Below, in pieces: positions 25,569 through 34,249 of a DNA stretch of 36,636 nt. This DNA is from a virus (lineage: Duplodnaviria > Caudoviricetes). A program made the translations under genes and the position numbers. The notes under the pieces were generated by a model. That model was not told the origin of the DNA. It was given only the letters and a program-made list of their open reading frames with translations, and did no database searches. The stretch is taken from the IMG/VR virus record IMGVR_UViG_3300047463_000117, positions 1-36,636 of that record; one strand, given 5' to 3'. Within the stretch, counting starts at the first letter, position 1; the number at the start of each line of letters is the position of its first letter.

Positions 25569-25982
25569 TTAATCGGCGGTGATGGACACAGTTACCTTCA
25601 CAGCATCGCCATTGTTCACAATTTGGTACGGACCATCGCTGAACCGCTCCGCATACACCAGCTTGCCGCTCGTGGCCTGAACGAGGTAGTACCCATAGAT
25701 GTTTTGAGATTGCGATCCCGCTGAACTGGTGAACGTCTGCTGCGCGTACGAAGCAGACGACGGCGCACCTTCCGTCACGGTCCAGTTCGCGCCGGTCAGA
25801 GTGATTGCCGCGTAGCCGGTGAAGGTGGCCTCCGTGTACGTCGCTTCGGTGTCTGTTTCCGCAGGCGTGGTATTACTGGAATACAGTTTGAGCTTCAGAT
25901 CCTGCTGCGTGTACGTCGAGGTCTTGTTGACCAGCAACGACAAGACAATCGCTTCGCCTTGGTTCGGGACTAACAGTGCCAT
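25569..25982 (-). CDS. Small beta-rich virion structural protein (fibre/whisker subunit candidate)
   Basis: LKLY...TE..FTGYA...W...TFT...IYGYYL...AERF, a pattern seen in phage structural clusters. RBS GGAGG. Confidence 0.75.
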   Translation of the reverse strand: MALLVPNQGEAIVLSLLVNKTSTYTQQDLKLKLYSSNTTPAETDTEATYTEATFTGYAAITLTGANWTVTEGAPSSASYAQQTFTSSAGSQSQNIYGYYLVQATSGKLVYAERFSDGPYQIVNNGDAVKVTVSITAD

Positions 25983-25997
25983 GTGCGGCCCTCCTAT

Positions 25998-26405
25998 TTA
26001 GACTTTGCTGAGATTGCGGACTTGGAATTCGATCTCGTACCGAAACGCTTTGACGGTCTCGTAGGTGCCTTGAATCAATGCGCGGTGCCATTCCAGATCG
26101 GCGCTGCTGTTGACGATGGCATTGTCGGCAGGCAGCAGGGTGACGGTCACGGTGCCGTTCGTGGCATGGACCGTCCCGCGTCCCGTGTTCAGAATGTTCA
26201 CCCCGTTCACGCTGTTGATGATCTCTTTCGTCGCGCTGTCGCGGTTGTAGAGCGTCAGCGTCAAGGTGTTGAGCGCACTGGATGGAATGGCCGTCCCGCT
26301 TTCGTCCACCAGCGAGGCCGTGAGCTTGAGCGTGGTCTGTTCTGCCACGATCAGTTGTGCGCCGCTGGCCGTTTTCAGGATCGTGCGGTTCTCTGCAATC
26401 ACCAT
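25998..26405 (-). CDS. Ig/BppU-like structural adaptor protein
   Basis: Beta-sandwich pattern with ..ATNGTVTVTLLPAD. First gene of the fibre module. Confidence 0.65.
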   Translation of the reverse strand: MVIAENRTILKTASGAQLIVAEQTTLKLTASLVDESGTAIPSSALNTLTLTLYNRDSATKEIINSVNGVNILNTGRGTVHATNGTVTVTLLPADNAIVNSSADLEWHRALIQGTYETVKAFRYEIEFQVRNLSKV

Positions 26406-26406
26406 G

Positions 26407-26793
26407 TTAGGCGTCCCCTGGACACGTTCGGCATCCCACCGCTAAGGCTTCCCCGAAAAATGGCCGGCAGACCGTCAGCTTCCGATTCCCGCAGGCTTCG
26501 CCGATTGCTTGATCCAACATCGGCAGCGTCTTCGGCTTCGCCGGTTGCAACCACGGCAGCGTTACGCCGCAGAACCCAAGGATGGCGCGTTCAGCGGCCC
26601 TCCGTTCCCATTGCCGTTCCACATACCGTTTGCACTCACTGAGCCGGACGTGGTTCCAGATCCAGTCGGCTCGCTGGATGTCGCCGTCGGCGAGGGTGCA
26701 AACGGTGTCGTCGATCCAGTCGTCTGGCGGTGCAGTCTCAGCGGTGCGGCAAGTCCCGCCAGCATCTTCCATTGCTGGCCGGAGTCGAAAAAA
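26407..26793 (-). CDS. Tail assembly chaperone gpT-like frame, reached by -1 frameshift
   Basis: The -1 frame is open from the slippery heptamer T TTT TTC (26793-26787) to the stop at 26407. Confidence 0.7.
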   Translation of the reverse strand, partial: FFRLRPAMEDAGGTCRTAETAPPDDWIDDTVCTLADGDIQRADWIWNHVRLSECKRYVERQWERRAAERAILGFCGVTLPWLQPAKPKTLPMLDQAIGEACGNRKLTVCRPFFGEALAVGCRTCPGDA

Positions 26794-27095
26794 TCCGCCA
26801 CCACCGGCCCTAACTCGCTAATCGAGACCGAGGATTCCATCCACTCTTCTAGCTCTTGTACGGCCCGCTCTCCGCCTTGCGCCTTCGCCGCCTGCGTGAT
26901 CCCGTCCGGCACTAAGACAATGGCGCAGATACGGACGATGGATTCGGCCAGCAGTGCGATGATGTCCTGCGCGTCCATGCCGTCGCTTTTGGCAAACAGC
27001 GGCTTTAAGATCGGCCAGAGTTGCTTTTCTTGCCGAGCCACGAGTGGCGGCATCGTAAAGCGGCGGTCCGCGAGGCTATAGATCGGTGCCGTCAT
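26562..27095 (-). CDS. Tail assembly chaperone gpG-like
   Basis: Follows the tail tube gene. VVADFF is followed by a low-complexity tail overlapping the next frame. RBS GAGGA. Confidence 0.75.
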   Translation of the reverse strand: MTAPIYSLADRRFTMPPLVARQEKQLWPILKPLFAKSDGMDAQDIIALLAESIVRICAIVLVPDGITQAAKAQGGERAVQELEEWMESSVSISELGPVVADFFDSGQQWKMLAGLAAPLRLHRQTTGSTTPFAPSPTATSSEPTGSGTTSGSVSANGMWNGNGNGGPLNAPSLGSAA

Positions 27096-27104
27096 ACCCA
27101 TCCT

Positions 27105-28055
27105 CTAGGTGAACGTGATGACCAGTTCATCGTTGCCGGATGAACGGTTGAATTTCCCGTCGATCTGATAGATGGCGATCCCGTCCCGTGAGCCTTCGGA
27201 AATCTTGATGTATTGCGCTTTCGGGGCCGTGATCGTGCAGATGTTCCCCGCCGTGGCTCCGATAGCCACGCTCATGCTACCTTCGGTGTTGTTCAGCATC
27301 TTTCCGTAGTAGTCATGGGTAAGGACCAGTTCCTTTTCGGCGTCGAAACTGAACGTTGGGGCCTTCTCGGTGATGAGTGCGGACAAGAATCCGCTGGCCT
27401 GGCTAATGTCCGTCCGCATCGTGACGGTGTTGCCCAGGTCGATGTTGAACCCGCTGACTTTGTGGCCGCTGTAGCTGTGCATCGAAAAGCTGGTGTTGAG
27501 GAACGGCTGCGGCTTCGTCGTTTCCAGGCCGGAGGCCGTAATGGCCGATTCGTCCGTAACGCCGACATAGACACCGGAGAAGGTGAACTCCAACATAACC
27601 GGCTCGCCCACTTTGGGACTTAACCGGCAGGTGCCGCGAGCGCCCGCCATCCGTGCGCGAATGTGGTTGCCCGAGGCTGGCACGCTAAAGACATCGATGG
27701 TGAGGGAATCCACGCCGGTCGTTTTCGGCGCATACGCCGCCGAGGTCAGGGCCACCACGGTTTCCCCAAAGCCGCAGGCGGTCAACAGCTTGCCGAGCTT
27801 CGGCGCGGTCCCTGCCGTGCCGCTGCCTTTCAGTTCCACCTTGAACGTGAGCGTCGCCTTGCGCGTGCCGCTGATCGAGGCATAGGGCGAGAGGGTGCTG
27901 CTGATCGGCTTGCGCTCGAACATGGCGATATCCGCCTGGAACTTCACGTCATACACCAAGAGGTTGGCATCGCTGCCCGCCGGAGCCACCACAGTGCCTT
28001 CGGTCGTCTCCGTCGTCGCGGCCAGGATCATGCGTCGTTCTAAGAATTCGGCCAT
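27105..28055 (-). CDS. Major tail tube protein
   Basis: 316-aa beta-rich protein after the terminator; ends GNDELVITFT. Confidence 0.85.
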   Translation of the reverse strand: MAEFLERRMILAATTETTEGTVVAPAGSDANLLVYDVKFQADIAMFERKPISSTLSPYASISGTRKATLTFKVELKGSGTAGTAPKLGKLLTACGFGETVVALTSAAYAPKTTGVDSLTIDVFSVPASGNHIRARMAGARGTCRLSPKVGEPVMLEFTFSGVYVGVTDESAITASGLETTKPQPFLNTSFSMHSYSGHKVSGFNIDLGNTVTMRTDISQASGFLSALITEKAPTFSFDAEKELVLTHDYYGKMLNNTEGSMSVAIGATAGNICTITAPKAQYIKISEGSRDGIAIYQIDGKFNRSSGNDELVITFT

Positions 28056-28073
28056 GTCAGATCTCCTTTATCG

Positions 28074-28541
28074 TCAGACCGCTACAGTCGCGTCGTCCCG
28101 TCGATGTCGATAATTGATGCGATAGGCCAGCGTGCAGGAGAGTTCCGGCATCCCCTCTTCGATCTGCACCGCTGAGATCGATTGCTCGTTCGTGTCGATG
28201 GCAGAGCCGCCGCGTTGCGGGTCTTGCTGAATGGCCTTCTGGCAATCCGCAATCAAGGCGTTCATCACTTCGCTGGCAGATCGTGCGTCCTCGCTCTCGT
28301 CCTGCCGGACCACCAGCACCACCCCGACGGAGAGAGTGCGCGTCACCAGATGGTTCGGCCCTTCGGTCGTGATGTCGTCATCGCCTTCCAACAGATAGGC
28401 CATCGGCGGTTGCGAGGACTGGCCCCGCTGGAGCAGTCGTTCCACCGCCGTGAGCGTGTGGGCGTAGCCGTTCTCCACGGTGACGGCCTGAAGGCTGGTG
28501 TGCAGATCTTGCATAATTAGTTCGCGTAGACTGTCGGCCAT
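28074..28541 (-). CDS. Tail terminator protein (lambda gpU-like)
   Basis: Starts MADSLRELIM. Acidic. Position immediately before the tube gene. Confidence 0.75.
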   Translation of the reverse strand: MADSLRELIMQDLHTSLQAVTVENGYAHTLTAVERLLQRGQSSQPPMAYLLEGDDDITTEGPNHLVTRTLSVGVVLVVRQDESEDARSASEVMNALIADCQKAIQQDPQRGGSAIDTNEQSISAVQIEEGMPELSCTLAYRINYRHRRDDATVAV

Positions 28542-28542
28542 G

Positions 28543-29073
28543 TCAGAGACTCGTGAGCGTCGAAACGGTCGAGGTGAACGCCTTCATGCGGCGCTCTAAG
28601 GCCACGCGCATGGCGCGGTCCATCGCATCGGCAATCCGGCGCTCGCCGTCCGGGACTTGCTGCTTCCATGTATCCTGAAAATGCAGCCGTGCCGGGATGA
28701 CCACGCGCTTGACCCGCGCAAAGATATGGCCTTTGCCAGCCACCCGAGTTTTCCTGCTGAGAAACAGAAAGCCCGTTTGCTTTGGCGTGATTACGCCGCC
28801 TTCCTCATGGACCCGTAAAATCCGGCTGATCTTATTGACAGATTTCAGTGAGCCGAGATCATTGCCGGTCACAAACCCCTGGACGTGCTTGCCTTTTTTG
28901 AACTGGCCACCATCAATTCCAGGCCGTCCGCTCATGCCGGTGCGGATGGTCTGCCGCCGCACGCGCTTGGCAAAGCGTCCGAGTTCCCCCTTGACGAACC
29001 GCGCCGTTTCCTTCGGCGCATCCTCGAAGGCCTGCTTCAGTTCCTCGAAATTGACCGGCGTGACGGTGGGCAT
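28543..29073 (-). CDS. Tail completion/neck protein (HK97 gp10 / lambda gpZ-like)
   Basis: Basic protein with RVHEEGGVITPK and VVIPAR motifs. Start MPTVTP with TAATG overlap. Confidence 0.75.
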   Translation of the reverse strand: MPTVTPVNFEELKQAFEDAPKETARFVKGELGRFAKRVRRQTIRTGMSGRPGIDGGQFKKGKHVQGFVTGNDLGSLKSVNKISRILRVHEEGGVITPKQTGFLFLSRKTRVAGKGHIFARVKRVVIPARLHFQDTWKQQVPDGERRIADAMDRAMRVALERRMKAFTSTVSTLTSL

Positions 29074-29414
29074 TAGGCCTGTACCACCACGCGGAACATC
29101 CCGGCATCGCCGCCAAGTCCCGCGTCCTCGTGAATGATCTTCGTCACGGTCCATTCGGTGTCCTGGCTGTCGCTCAGGTTCCGTTTGAATCGCATCTTGT
29201 CCATGCGTTCTTTCACCGCGAGCACGCCGTCGGTGGCGTCGCGGGGCAGCAGCACTTCCATCATGTTGGCCGCGTAGGTGTAGCCACTGGTCGATTGCAC
29301 CTGCGTCGGCTTCCGCTCCACAATCGCCTTGAAGGTCGATACCCCACCCCCATACGAGTAGTAGGTGATCGGCTCTCCCCCCAGGTGTGCGATCATGGCA
29401 GCGGTGGCGTTCAT
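29073..29414 (-). CDS. Head-tail joining/closure protein (gpFII-like)
   Basis: GEPITY..GG...AIVER. Position and size (113 aa) fit. Confidence 0.75.
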   Translation of the reverse strand: MNATAAMIAHLGGEPITYYSYGGGVSTFKAIVERKPTQVQSTSGYTYAANMMEVLLPRDATDGVLAVKERMDKMRFKRNLSDSQDTEWTVTKIIHEDAGLGGDAGMFRVVVQA

Positions 29415-29788
29415 CAGATGCTCTTCTTCTGTCCTTGAAAGAGAACGCACATCGTAAATTGCGGCGTGGTGCCGCCAATCGTGGCCACCGCACGGACGTA
29501 TTTCTTCAAACTATCGGCGTTCAGCACCACGGAGACCGGCACCCCCGCCGCATCAATCGTGTCGAACGTCGCCACCGCTTCGGTTTCATAGGTTTGATCG
29601 TCGTCGGAATGCTCAATCGTCACGTCCAGTTCCGGATTTGTCCCGCCGACATCCCCGACCCAGACCGTCACCTTGCACTGGCCTTCGTACTCCGTTTTGT
29701 CGACGCCGGTGCCTGTTTCGGTGGCGTCGTACACGCCAGGAACGATCAATTCTTCTGCGCTGATCCCGTCGCCAATCCCGACAATCAT
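29414..29788 (-). CDS. Capsid decoration/cement-like protein
   Basis: Acidic beta protein (IEHSDD..KKYVRAV) two genes after the capsid gene. Confidence 0.6.
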   Translation of the reverse strand: MIVGIGDGISAEELIVPGVYDATETGTGVDKTEYEGQCKVTVWVGDVGGTNPELDVTIEHSDDDQTYETEAVATFDTIDAAGVPVSVVLNADSLKKYVRAVATIGGTTPQFTMCVLFQGQKKSI

Positions 29789-30009
29789 GTGTGCGTCTCC
29801 TTCTTGCGCCGTGGGCCTTTGCGTGACCCATCCATCGGCTCCAAGGGACTGGAGGCCGGGGACGGAGCACCCGTGCGTGGCATCACCAGGATGGCCTTCC
29901 GCGCCATCAAGAGTTCCCGCGCTGACGGATCGGATAGATCAGAGACGATCATCCCGACCGTCAATTCCCGGCCTTCAGCGTAAGTGTTGCGGATAATTTC
30001 AAGTGTCAT
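29785..30009 (-). CDS. Small head-associated hypothetical protein
   Basis: 74 aa, ARELLMARKA with a basic tail. Common position directly after the MCP gene. Confidence 0.65.
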   Translation of the reverse strand: MTLEIIRNTYAEGRELTVGMIVSDLSDPSARELLMARKAILVMPRTGAPSPASSPLEPMDGSRKGPRRKKETHT

Positions 30010-30018
30010 CGTGGTGGT

Positions 30019-30052
30019 GGAGGCTGACGCCGATCACGCAGCGCCAGCCTCC
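30019..30052 (-). terminator. Stem-loop after the major capsid gene
   Basis: GGAGGCTGGCGC...GCGTCAGCCTCC, a 12-bp stem with one G-U pair on the - strand. No U-tract, so possibly a stabiliser or partial terminator. Confidence 0.5.
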
Positions 30053-30061
30053 GATCCCTTC

Positions 30062-31942
30062 TTAGGCGGTCTTGGCATCTTTCATCGCGGCGAACGACTC
30101 GGCGTGGCGCACGCCGCAGTCCACGTCCTGCAACACCCGCACGCGGACGGTGCCTGCCGCTGATCCGGTGTACGGATCGGTCAGGATGTCGAGCGATCCC
30201 CACTGACCGATGATGAGATCCGCCCAGTTGCCGAAGATGATGGCCGAGCAGACTGCGCCGCTGTTGCCCTTGGTGAGATTGGCAGGCACTTGGTTGGAGA
30301 CACCCGCCTTCATGCCAACGATGGAGGTCATCCCCGAGGAATCCGGCAAGGCCGACACCACGAACTGCGCCGTGTTGGACGCCTTCTCCGTGGCCATCAG
30401 CTTGGCGATGACGGCTGCGTTAGTGAGATACCCGAGGGAGCCGTAGTCGGCGTTGTCGATGGCGACTTCCTTCCAGAGCGAGATCATGTGCGCGTAGGAC
30501 GGGGCCGCGCCATCCGTGCCACCGGCCACGGAGCCGATGCCGGAGGTCCCGAGAATGCCGCCTGGTTCGCCCGCGTTGCTGTCGCCGTTGATGGCCGCGA
30601 GGTCAATAGCCAAGGCGAGGACGGTGGCCAGGTCCGTGCGGACCAAGGCTTCCACGTCGATGCTGGACTGGAGCAGGAGCTTGCGAGAGATGTCGGTGTA
30701 GGCTCCCACCGTTTTGGGGGTCATGGCCAACTGACCGAAGGCTTGCTTTGATTCGGTCGGAGCCACGTTTTCTGCGACCCAGTAGGCGGTTGCACCACCC
30801 GTCTGCTTGGGGATGGCCACATCCCCGACCAACCCGCCGAGCATCGTCGCGCCCATGGCGCGGACCATCATGCGTTTCCGCAGGATGTCGATGAATGACG
30901 CCGACAACAGATCGGTGGCGACGGTATAGCCACCGTCTCCATTCGTGCCCTTGGTCAGATCGCGGGTTTGTACGTCATACGGCAGATAGAAGCCTTGGGG
31001 CGCTTTCCCCATGCGCTTCGCCACCGCCTCGCTGACTTCCGCTTCAAACGGCGCGAGCGCCAGCCCCTTGCCCGACGCCATCGAATGAATGGCGCGGACC
31101 ATTGAATACTGCTTCACTTCCTTCTGCGTCAGACCAATCGACGGCGACTCCACCACCGGCTTGGCCTTGGCGCGGGTCTCAAGCACCTGGCCCTTGAACT
31201 CGCTGACGCTGGTCCCTTCTTCGATGGCCTTCTGCGCCAACTCGCGGACCTCGAACTTGTCGCCCAAGGCGAGCAGTTCGCGCACCCGCAACCGCTCCGA
31301 CACCCGCGCTTCGTCTACATAGACATCGCGCTTGGCGCTCTTCTCTTCTACCGGCTCCACGACGACTTTCTTTTCTTCAGCCATGACAATCTCCTTTTCA
31401 TTTTTGAGGATGCGGATTTCAAATTCGTCTGCGGTGGCTCGTCCAACGCCGACTGACGTATCTGCGGGGATGCTCACGAGACTGACTTCTAAAGGCTCCC
31501 AGTCGGTCGCCCGGTACGTTTTCTGCTCTTTGGTGCTTTCGTCGCGCATGGTGTGGATTTGGTACCCCACGCTGACATTGCGGCGAATGCCATCCTGCAC
31601 GTCTTGAAACACTTCTTGACCTTTTGCACTACGCGAGAACCGAACGACCGCGAGGCCGCGTCCTTCTGCGATAGTTGCTTCTTCAACGACGCCAATTTGA
31701 TTTTCTGGGTTGTGGTCGAGGAGGAGCGGGGCCGACCGTCGGAGTCGGTCAAGACGGACTGCGCCGTCCGTGTGATCCAGTATTTCATGGCCAAAAAACC
31801 TTTCCACCGGGTGCTCGCTGCTGAAACTGAGCGAGACCGTGCGAGTGTCCGCGTTGATGGCGGCGCGGTCGAGTTCAAGCGTCCGGTAAAGCCGACTCGT
31901 TTTCAGCGTCGTGGGGGACGGCGGCGGCTGTGACTGTGCCAT
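30062..31942 (-). CDS. Fused prohead protease (HK97/S78 type) and major capsid protein
   Basis: N-terminal LLLDH, VSVGY, WEPLEVSLVSIPAD; scaffold-like linker; HK97-fold GGYTV, IIFGNW, VRHAESF. Confidence 0.93.
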   Translation of the reverse strand: MAQSQPPPSPTTLKTSRLYRTLELDRAAINADTRTVSLSFSSEHPVERFFGHEILDHTDGAVRLDRLRRSAPLLLDHNPENQIGVVEEATIAEGRGLAVVRFSRSAKGQEVFQDVQDGIRRNVSVGYQIHTMRDESTKEQKTYRATDWEPLEVSLVSIPADTSVGVGRATADEFEIRILKNEKEIVMAEEKKVVVEPVEEKSAKRDVYVDEARVSERLRVRELLALGDKFEVRELAQKAIEEGTSVSEFKGQVLETRAKAKPVVESPSIGLTQKEVKQYSMVRAIHSMASGKGLALAPFEAEVSEAVAKRMGKAPQGFYLPYDVQTRDLTKGTNGDGGYTVATDLLSASFIDILRKRMMVRAMGATMLGGLVGDVAIPKQTGGATAYWVAENVAPTESKQAFGQLAMTPKTVGAYTDISRKLLLQSSIDVEALVRTDLATVLALAIDLAAINGDSNAGEPGGILGTSGIGSVAGGTDGAAPSYAHMISLWKEVAIDNADYGSLGYLTNAAVIAKLMATEKASNTAQFVVSALPDSSGMTSIVGMKAGVSNQVPANLTKGNSGAVCSAIIFGNWADLIIGQWGSLDILTDPYTGSAAGTVRVRVLQDVDCGVRHAESFAAMKDAKTA

Positions 31943-33386
31943 TGGCTGCTCCAGGGTTCGGGGTCGTAAACGTCAGGCCGTACTGCGCGGCCAGTTCGCG
32001 TTCTTGCTGTAGTTGGGCGAATACGTCCTCAATATCGAGGCCGCGTTCTGCGAGGCATTGCGTGCGGGTCTTGAGGCCGTTGTTGATGGCCTCGATGTCG
32101 GCGTTCATGTCCTTCAATGGGTCCACCCAGGACCAGCCACGGGCTTGCCATTCGCAGCCGTCCAACACGCGGGGCAGATCAAAGAGGCTGAGATCTAACT
32201 GCTGCGACAGCATCGCCATGTCGAGCCATGCGGCAAAGACCGGCTCGCAGAGATTTTCAATCAGAAACGCTTGCAGGACGCGCCAGCCGTCGCGGTCGTC
32301 GAGGACGCCTTGACGGATGCTGGAATAGTTGACGCCTTCCAGATCTGAGGCGAGGGTGTTGTAGGAGACGTTTAAGCCGCTGGCCACGCCGCGCAGGACG
32401 CCTTTCACGAAGTCGGCAAAGCTGGTCGTCGGATGCGTCGGATCAAACGGCGTGAAGGTCACACCGGCCGGCAACTGCGTGAACGTGCCGGGCTCCATGC
32501 TTTCGACGATGTTGCCGTTGGCATCGACGGCATCCCCGATGAACTCTTCCCCGGTGGGGCTGGTATAAAATCCGCCCTTACAGGCCGCGGTTCTCGCCGC
32601 CACCAGTTCGGCTTCCTCGTACCCGCCGAGCATGTTCAAGCGCAGCATGGCGGAGTGCATCCAGGGGATGCCCCGCGTCTGTCCAGGGCGGGTCACTTGA
32701 TGCACATGAATGATTTCATCAGCGGGAACACGTTCCCGGTATTGCGCCGCTGGTGCGCCCGTCACATCGGCAGGATTGGTGCGGAACAAGTGATAGGCCA
32801 CCGGACGGCCCCATACGTCCTGCTCAATGCCCATGCGAATCCGGTTCCCGTTCGGCAGGCGTTCCTGATTGAACTGCACGTCGAGATAGTCGGCTTCGAG
32901 CACTTGCACGGCAAAGGCGAAGTCGTTGGGGAAGTCGCGCACTACACGCACAAGACATTCCCCGTCCCGTGCGACCGTGCGTAACACAAGCCGCTGGACG
33001 TCGGTCCAGCACAGCTTGCCGGTGACATCGCACGTCCCGCGCTCGCCCCAGGCTTCCCAGGCGGTTTCGATGGTTTCGTTGGTCTTGCGCTTGTAGGACA
33101 TGCCGTCCTGCGCGAGCAGGCGAGCTTCCAATTCAATGCCGTTGGGTCCCACGACGTTCTGATCGAGCAGCGCCAGATAGCGTTTAACGTAATCGTTGTT
33201 CTGTTCGAGTTCACGGGACCGCGCCCGGAGACGCGGGAGCGTGTAGAGCAAGTCGTGATCGGCGGAGACCGATTGCGTCGTCCATGAGGACGTGAGGCGC
33301 GACACCGCGGCGGCGGAATAACTGCGTGATCCCTTTGGACGGAACCACCCTTGCACTCCGGCTTTCATCCGTTGCCAGATGGTCAC
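31875..33386 (-). CDS. Portal protein, lambda family
   Basis: LRARSREL..NN, RPGQTRGIPW, VNYSSIR, WVDPLKD. GTG start overlaps the upstream stop. Confidence 0.95.
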   Translation of the reverse strand: MTIWQRMKAGVQGWFRPKGSRSYSAAAVSRLTSSWTTQSVSADHDLLYTLPRLRARSRELEQNNDYVKRYLALLDQNVVGPNGIELEARLLAQDGMSYKRKTNETIETAWEAWGERGTCDVTGKLCWTDVQRLVLRTVARDGECLVRVVRDFPNDFAFAVQVLEADYLDVQFNQERLPNGNRIRMGIEQDVWGRPVAYHLFRTNPADVTGAPAAQYRERVPADEIIHVHQVTRPGQTRGIPWMHSAMLRLNMLGGYEEAELVAARTAACKGGFYTSPTGEEFIGDAVDANGNIVESMEPGTFTQLPAGVTFTPFDPTHPTTSFADFVKGVLRGVASGLNVSYNTLASDLEGVNYSSIRQGVLDDRDGWRVLQAFLIENLCEPVFAAWLDMAMLSQQLDLSLFDLPRVLDGCEWQARGWSWVDPLKDMNADIEAINNGLKTRTQCLAERGLDIEDVFAQLQQERELAAQYGLTFTTPNPGAANGTVTAAAVPHDAENESALPDA

Positions 33387-33925
33387 AGGCGCACCAGCAC
33401 TTTCTGGGGACCGCCGAGCCCGCGACGTAACCGATCCGTGGAGCGTTCGCGCACCACTTCGGCTTTGTAGAAGCCGTGCCACTTAATGAGTTCATCTGGC
33501 GTGAAATAGCGGATACGCCGTCCGGCGATTTCCAGTTCGAGTTCGACGCCGGTTGCGCGGCCTTCCAAGGTCGCTTCCAGCGCGGCCAGCACTCGTTCCG
33601 CCCAGGATCGCCCGTCATACGTGGTGGATGTGGCGAGATTGGGAAGAATGCTGATCCGGCCAGAATCGACCGTGAACACGTTGCCCGCCTGACTGACGCG
33701 GGCGAGATAGGTATAGTCCCCCGCCGTATAGGTGGCGGAGGTGGCGGCAGGAATCGTGACGACGTAGGCGTCATCGCTGGCCGAGGCGGTGAGCGTCAGC
33801 TTCGAGGCGGAGGCGTGGAGGAGCGAATAGGTGAGCGTCCACCCCGCCGAGGCGGGATAGTCGCGGAGTGTGACCGTCCAGGTGACGGTATCGCCAGCGC
33901 GAAACGACTGCGGAAGATCGCTCAT
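33383..33925 (-). CDS. Head completion protein: N-terminal Ig-like domain plus gpW-like C-terminus
   Basis: AGDT..W...YPASAGWTLTY; C-terminal EIAGRRI...EL. Lies between TerL and portal. Confidence 0.75.
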   Translation of the reverse strand: MSDLPQSFRAGDTVTWTVTLRDYPASAGWTLTYSLLHASASKLTLTASASDDAYVVTIPAATSATYTAGDYTYLARVSQAGNVFTVDSGRISILPNLATSTTYDGRSWAERVLAALEATLEGRATGVELELEIAGRRIRYFTPDELIKWHGFYKAEVVRERSTDRLRRGLGGPQKVLVRL

Positions 33926-33971
33926 ACTCGTGAGCGATACCGCACGCACGGGAAAACCGGAACGGCCTAAC

Positions 33972-33996
33972 CTTCCCGAATCTTCCCTCACTTCCT
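33972..33996. promoter_or_regulatory. Phased direct repeats upstream of the head genes
   Basis: CTTCC at 33972, 33982 and 33991 in the intergenic gap after the HTH gene. Confidence 0.45.
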
Positions 33997-34003
33997 ATGA
34001 CTT

Positions 34004-34249
34004 TTAGGAGGTTTTCCAGCGACTCACGAACGAATGTCCCGCGATTGGCGCGGGTTTGGTGCGCGAGGAGGCCGGTTTCTCTTCGGGTCTGGACCGCATC
34101 ACGCGGCGAATATCCGATTCCGGGATATACCACCCGCGTTTGATTTGGAACGCATGGGGGAACACCCCCTCCTCAATCCAGATCAGAATGGACTTTTCAT
34201 GGCGGGAAAACAGCGTGGCTGCGGCTTTCACGGTGTACAGTTTGGGCAT
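34004..34249 (-). CDS. Xis/MerR-fold HTH DNA-binding protein
   Basis: LYTVKAAATLFSRHEKSILIWIEEGVFPHAFQIKRGWYIP. TAATG-coupled to terL. Confidence 0.85.
   Translation of the reverse strand: MPKLYTVKAAATLFSRHEKSILIWIEEGVFPHAFQIKRGWYIPESDIRRVMRSRPEEKPASSRTKPAPIAGHSFVSRWKTS

Noticed and set aside
29074-29493. 316-aa version of the neck gene starting at 29493
   Set aside because: The extension overlaps the head-closure gene in another frame. The likely start is 29073.
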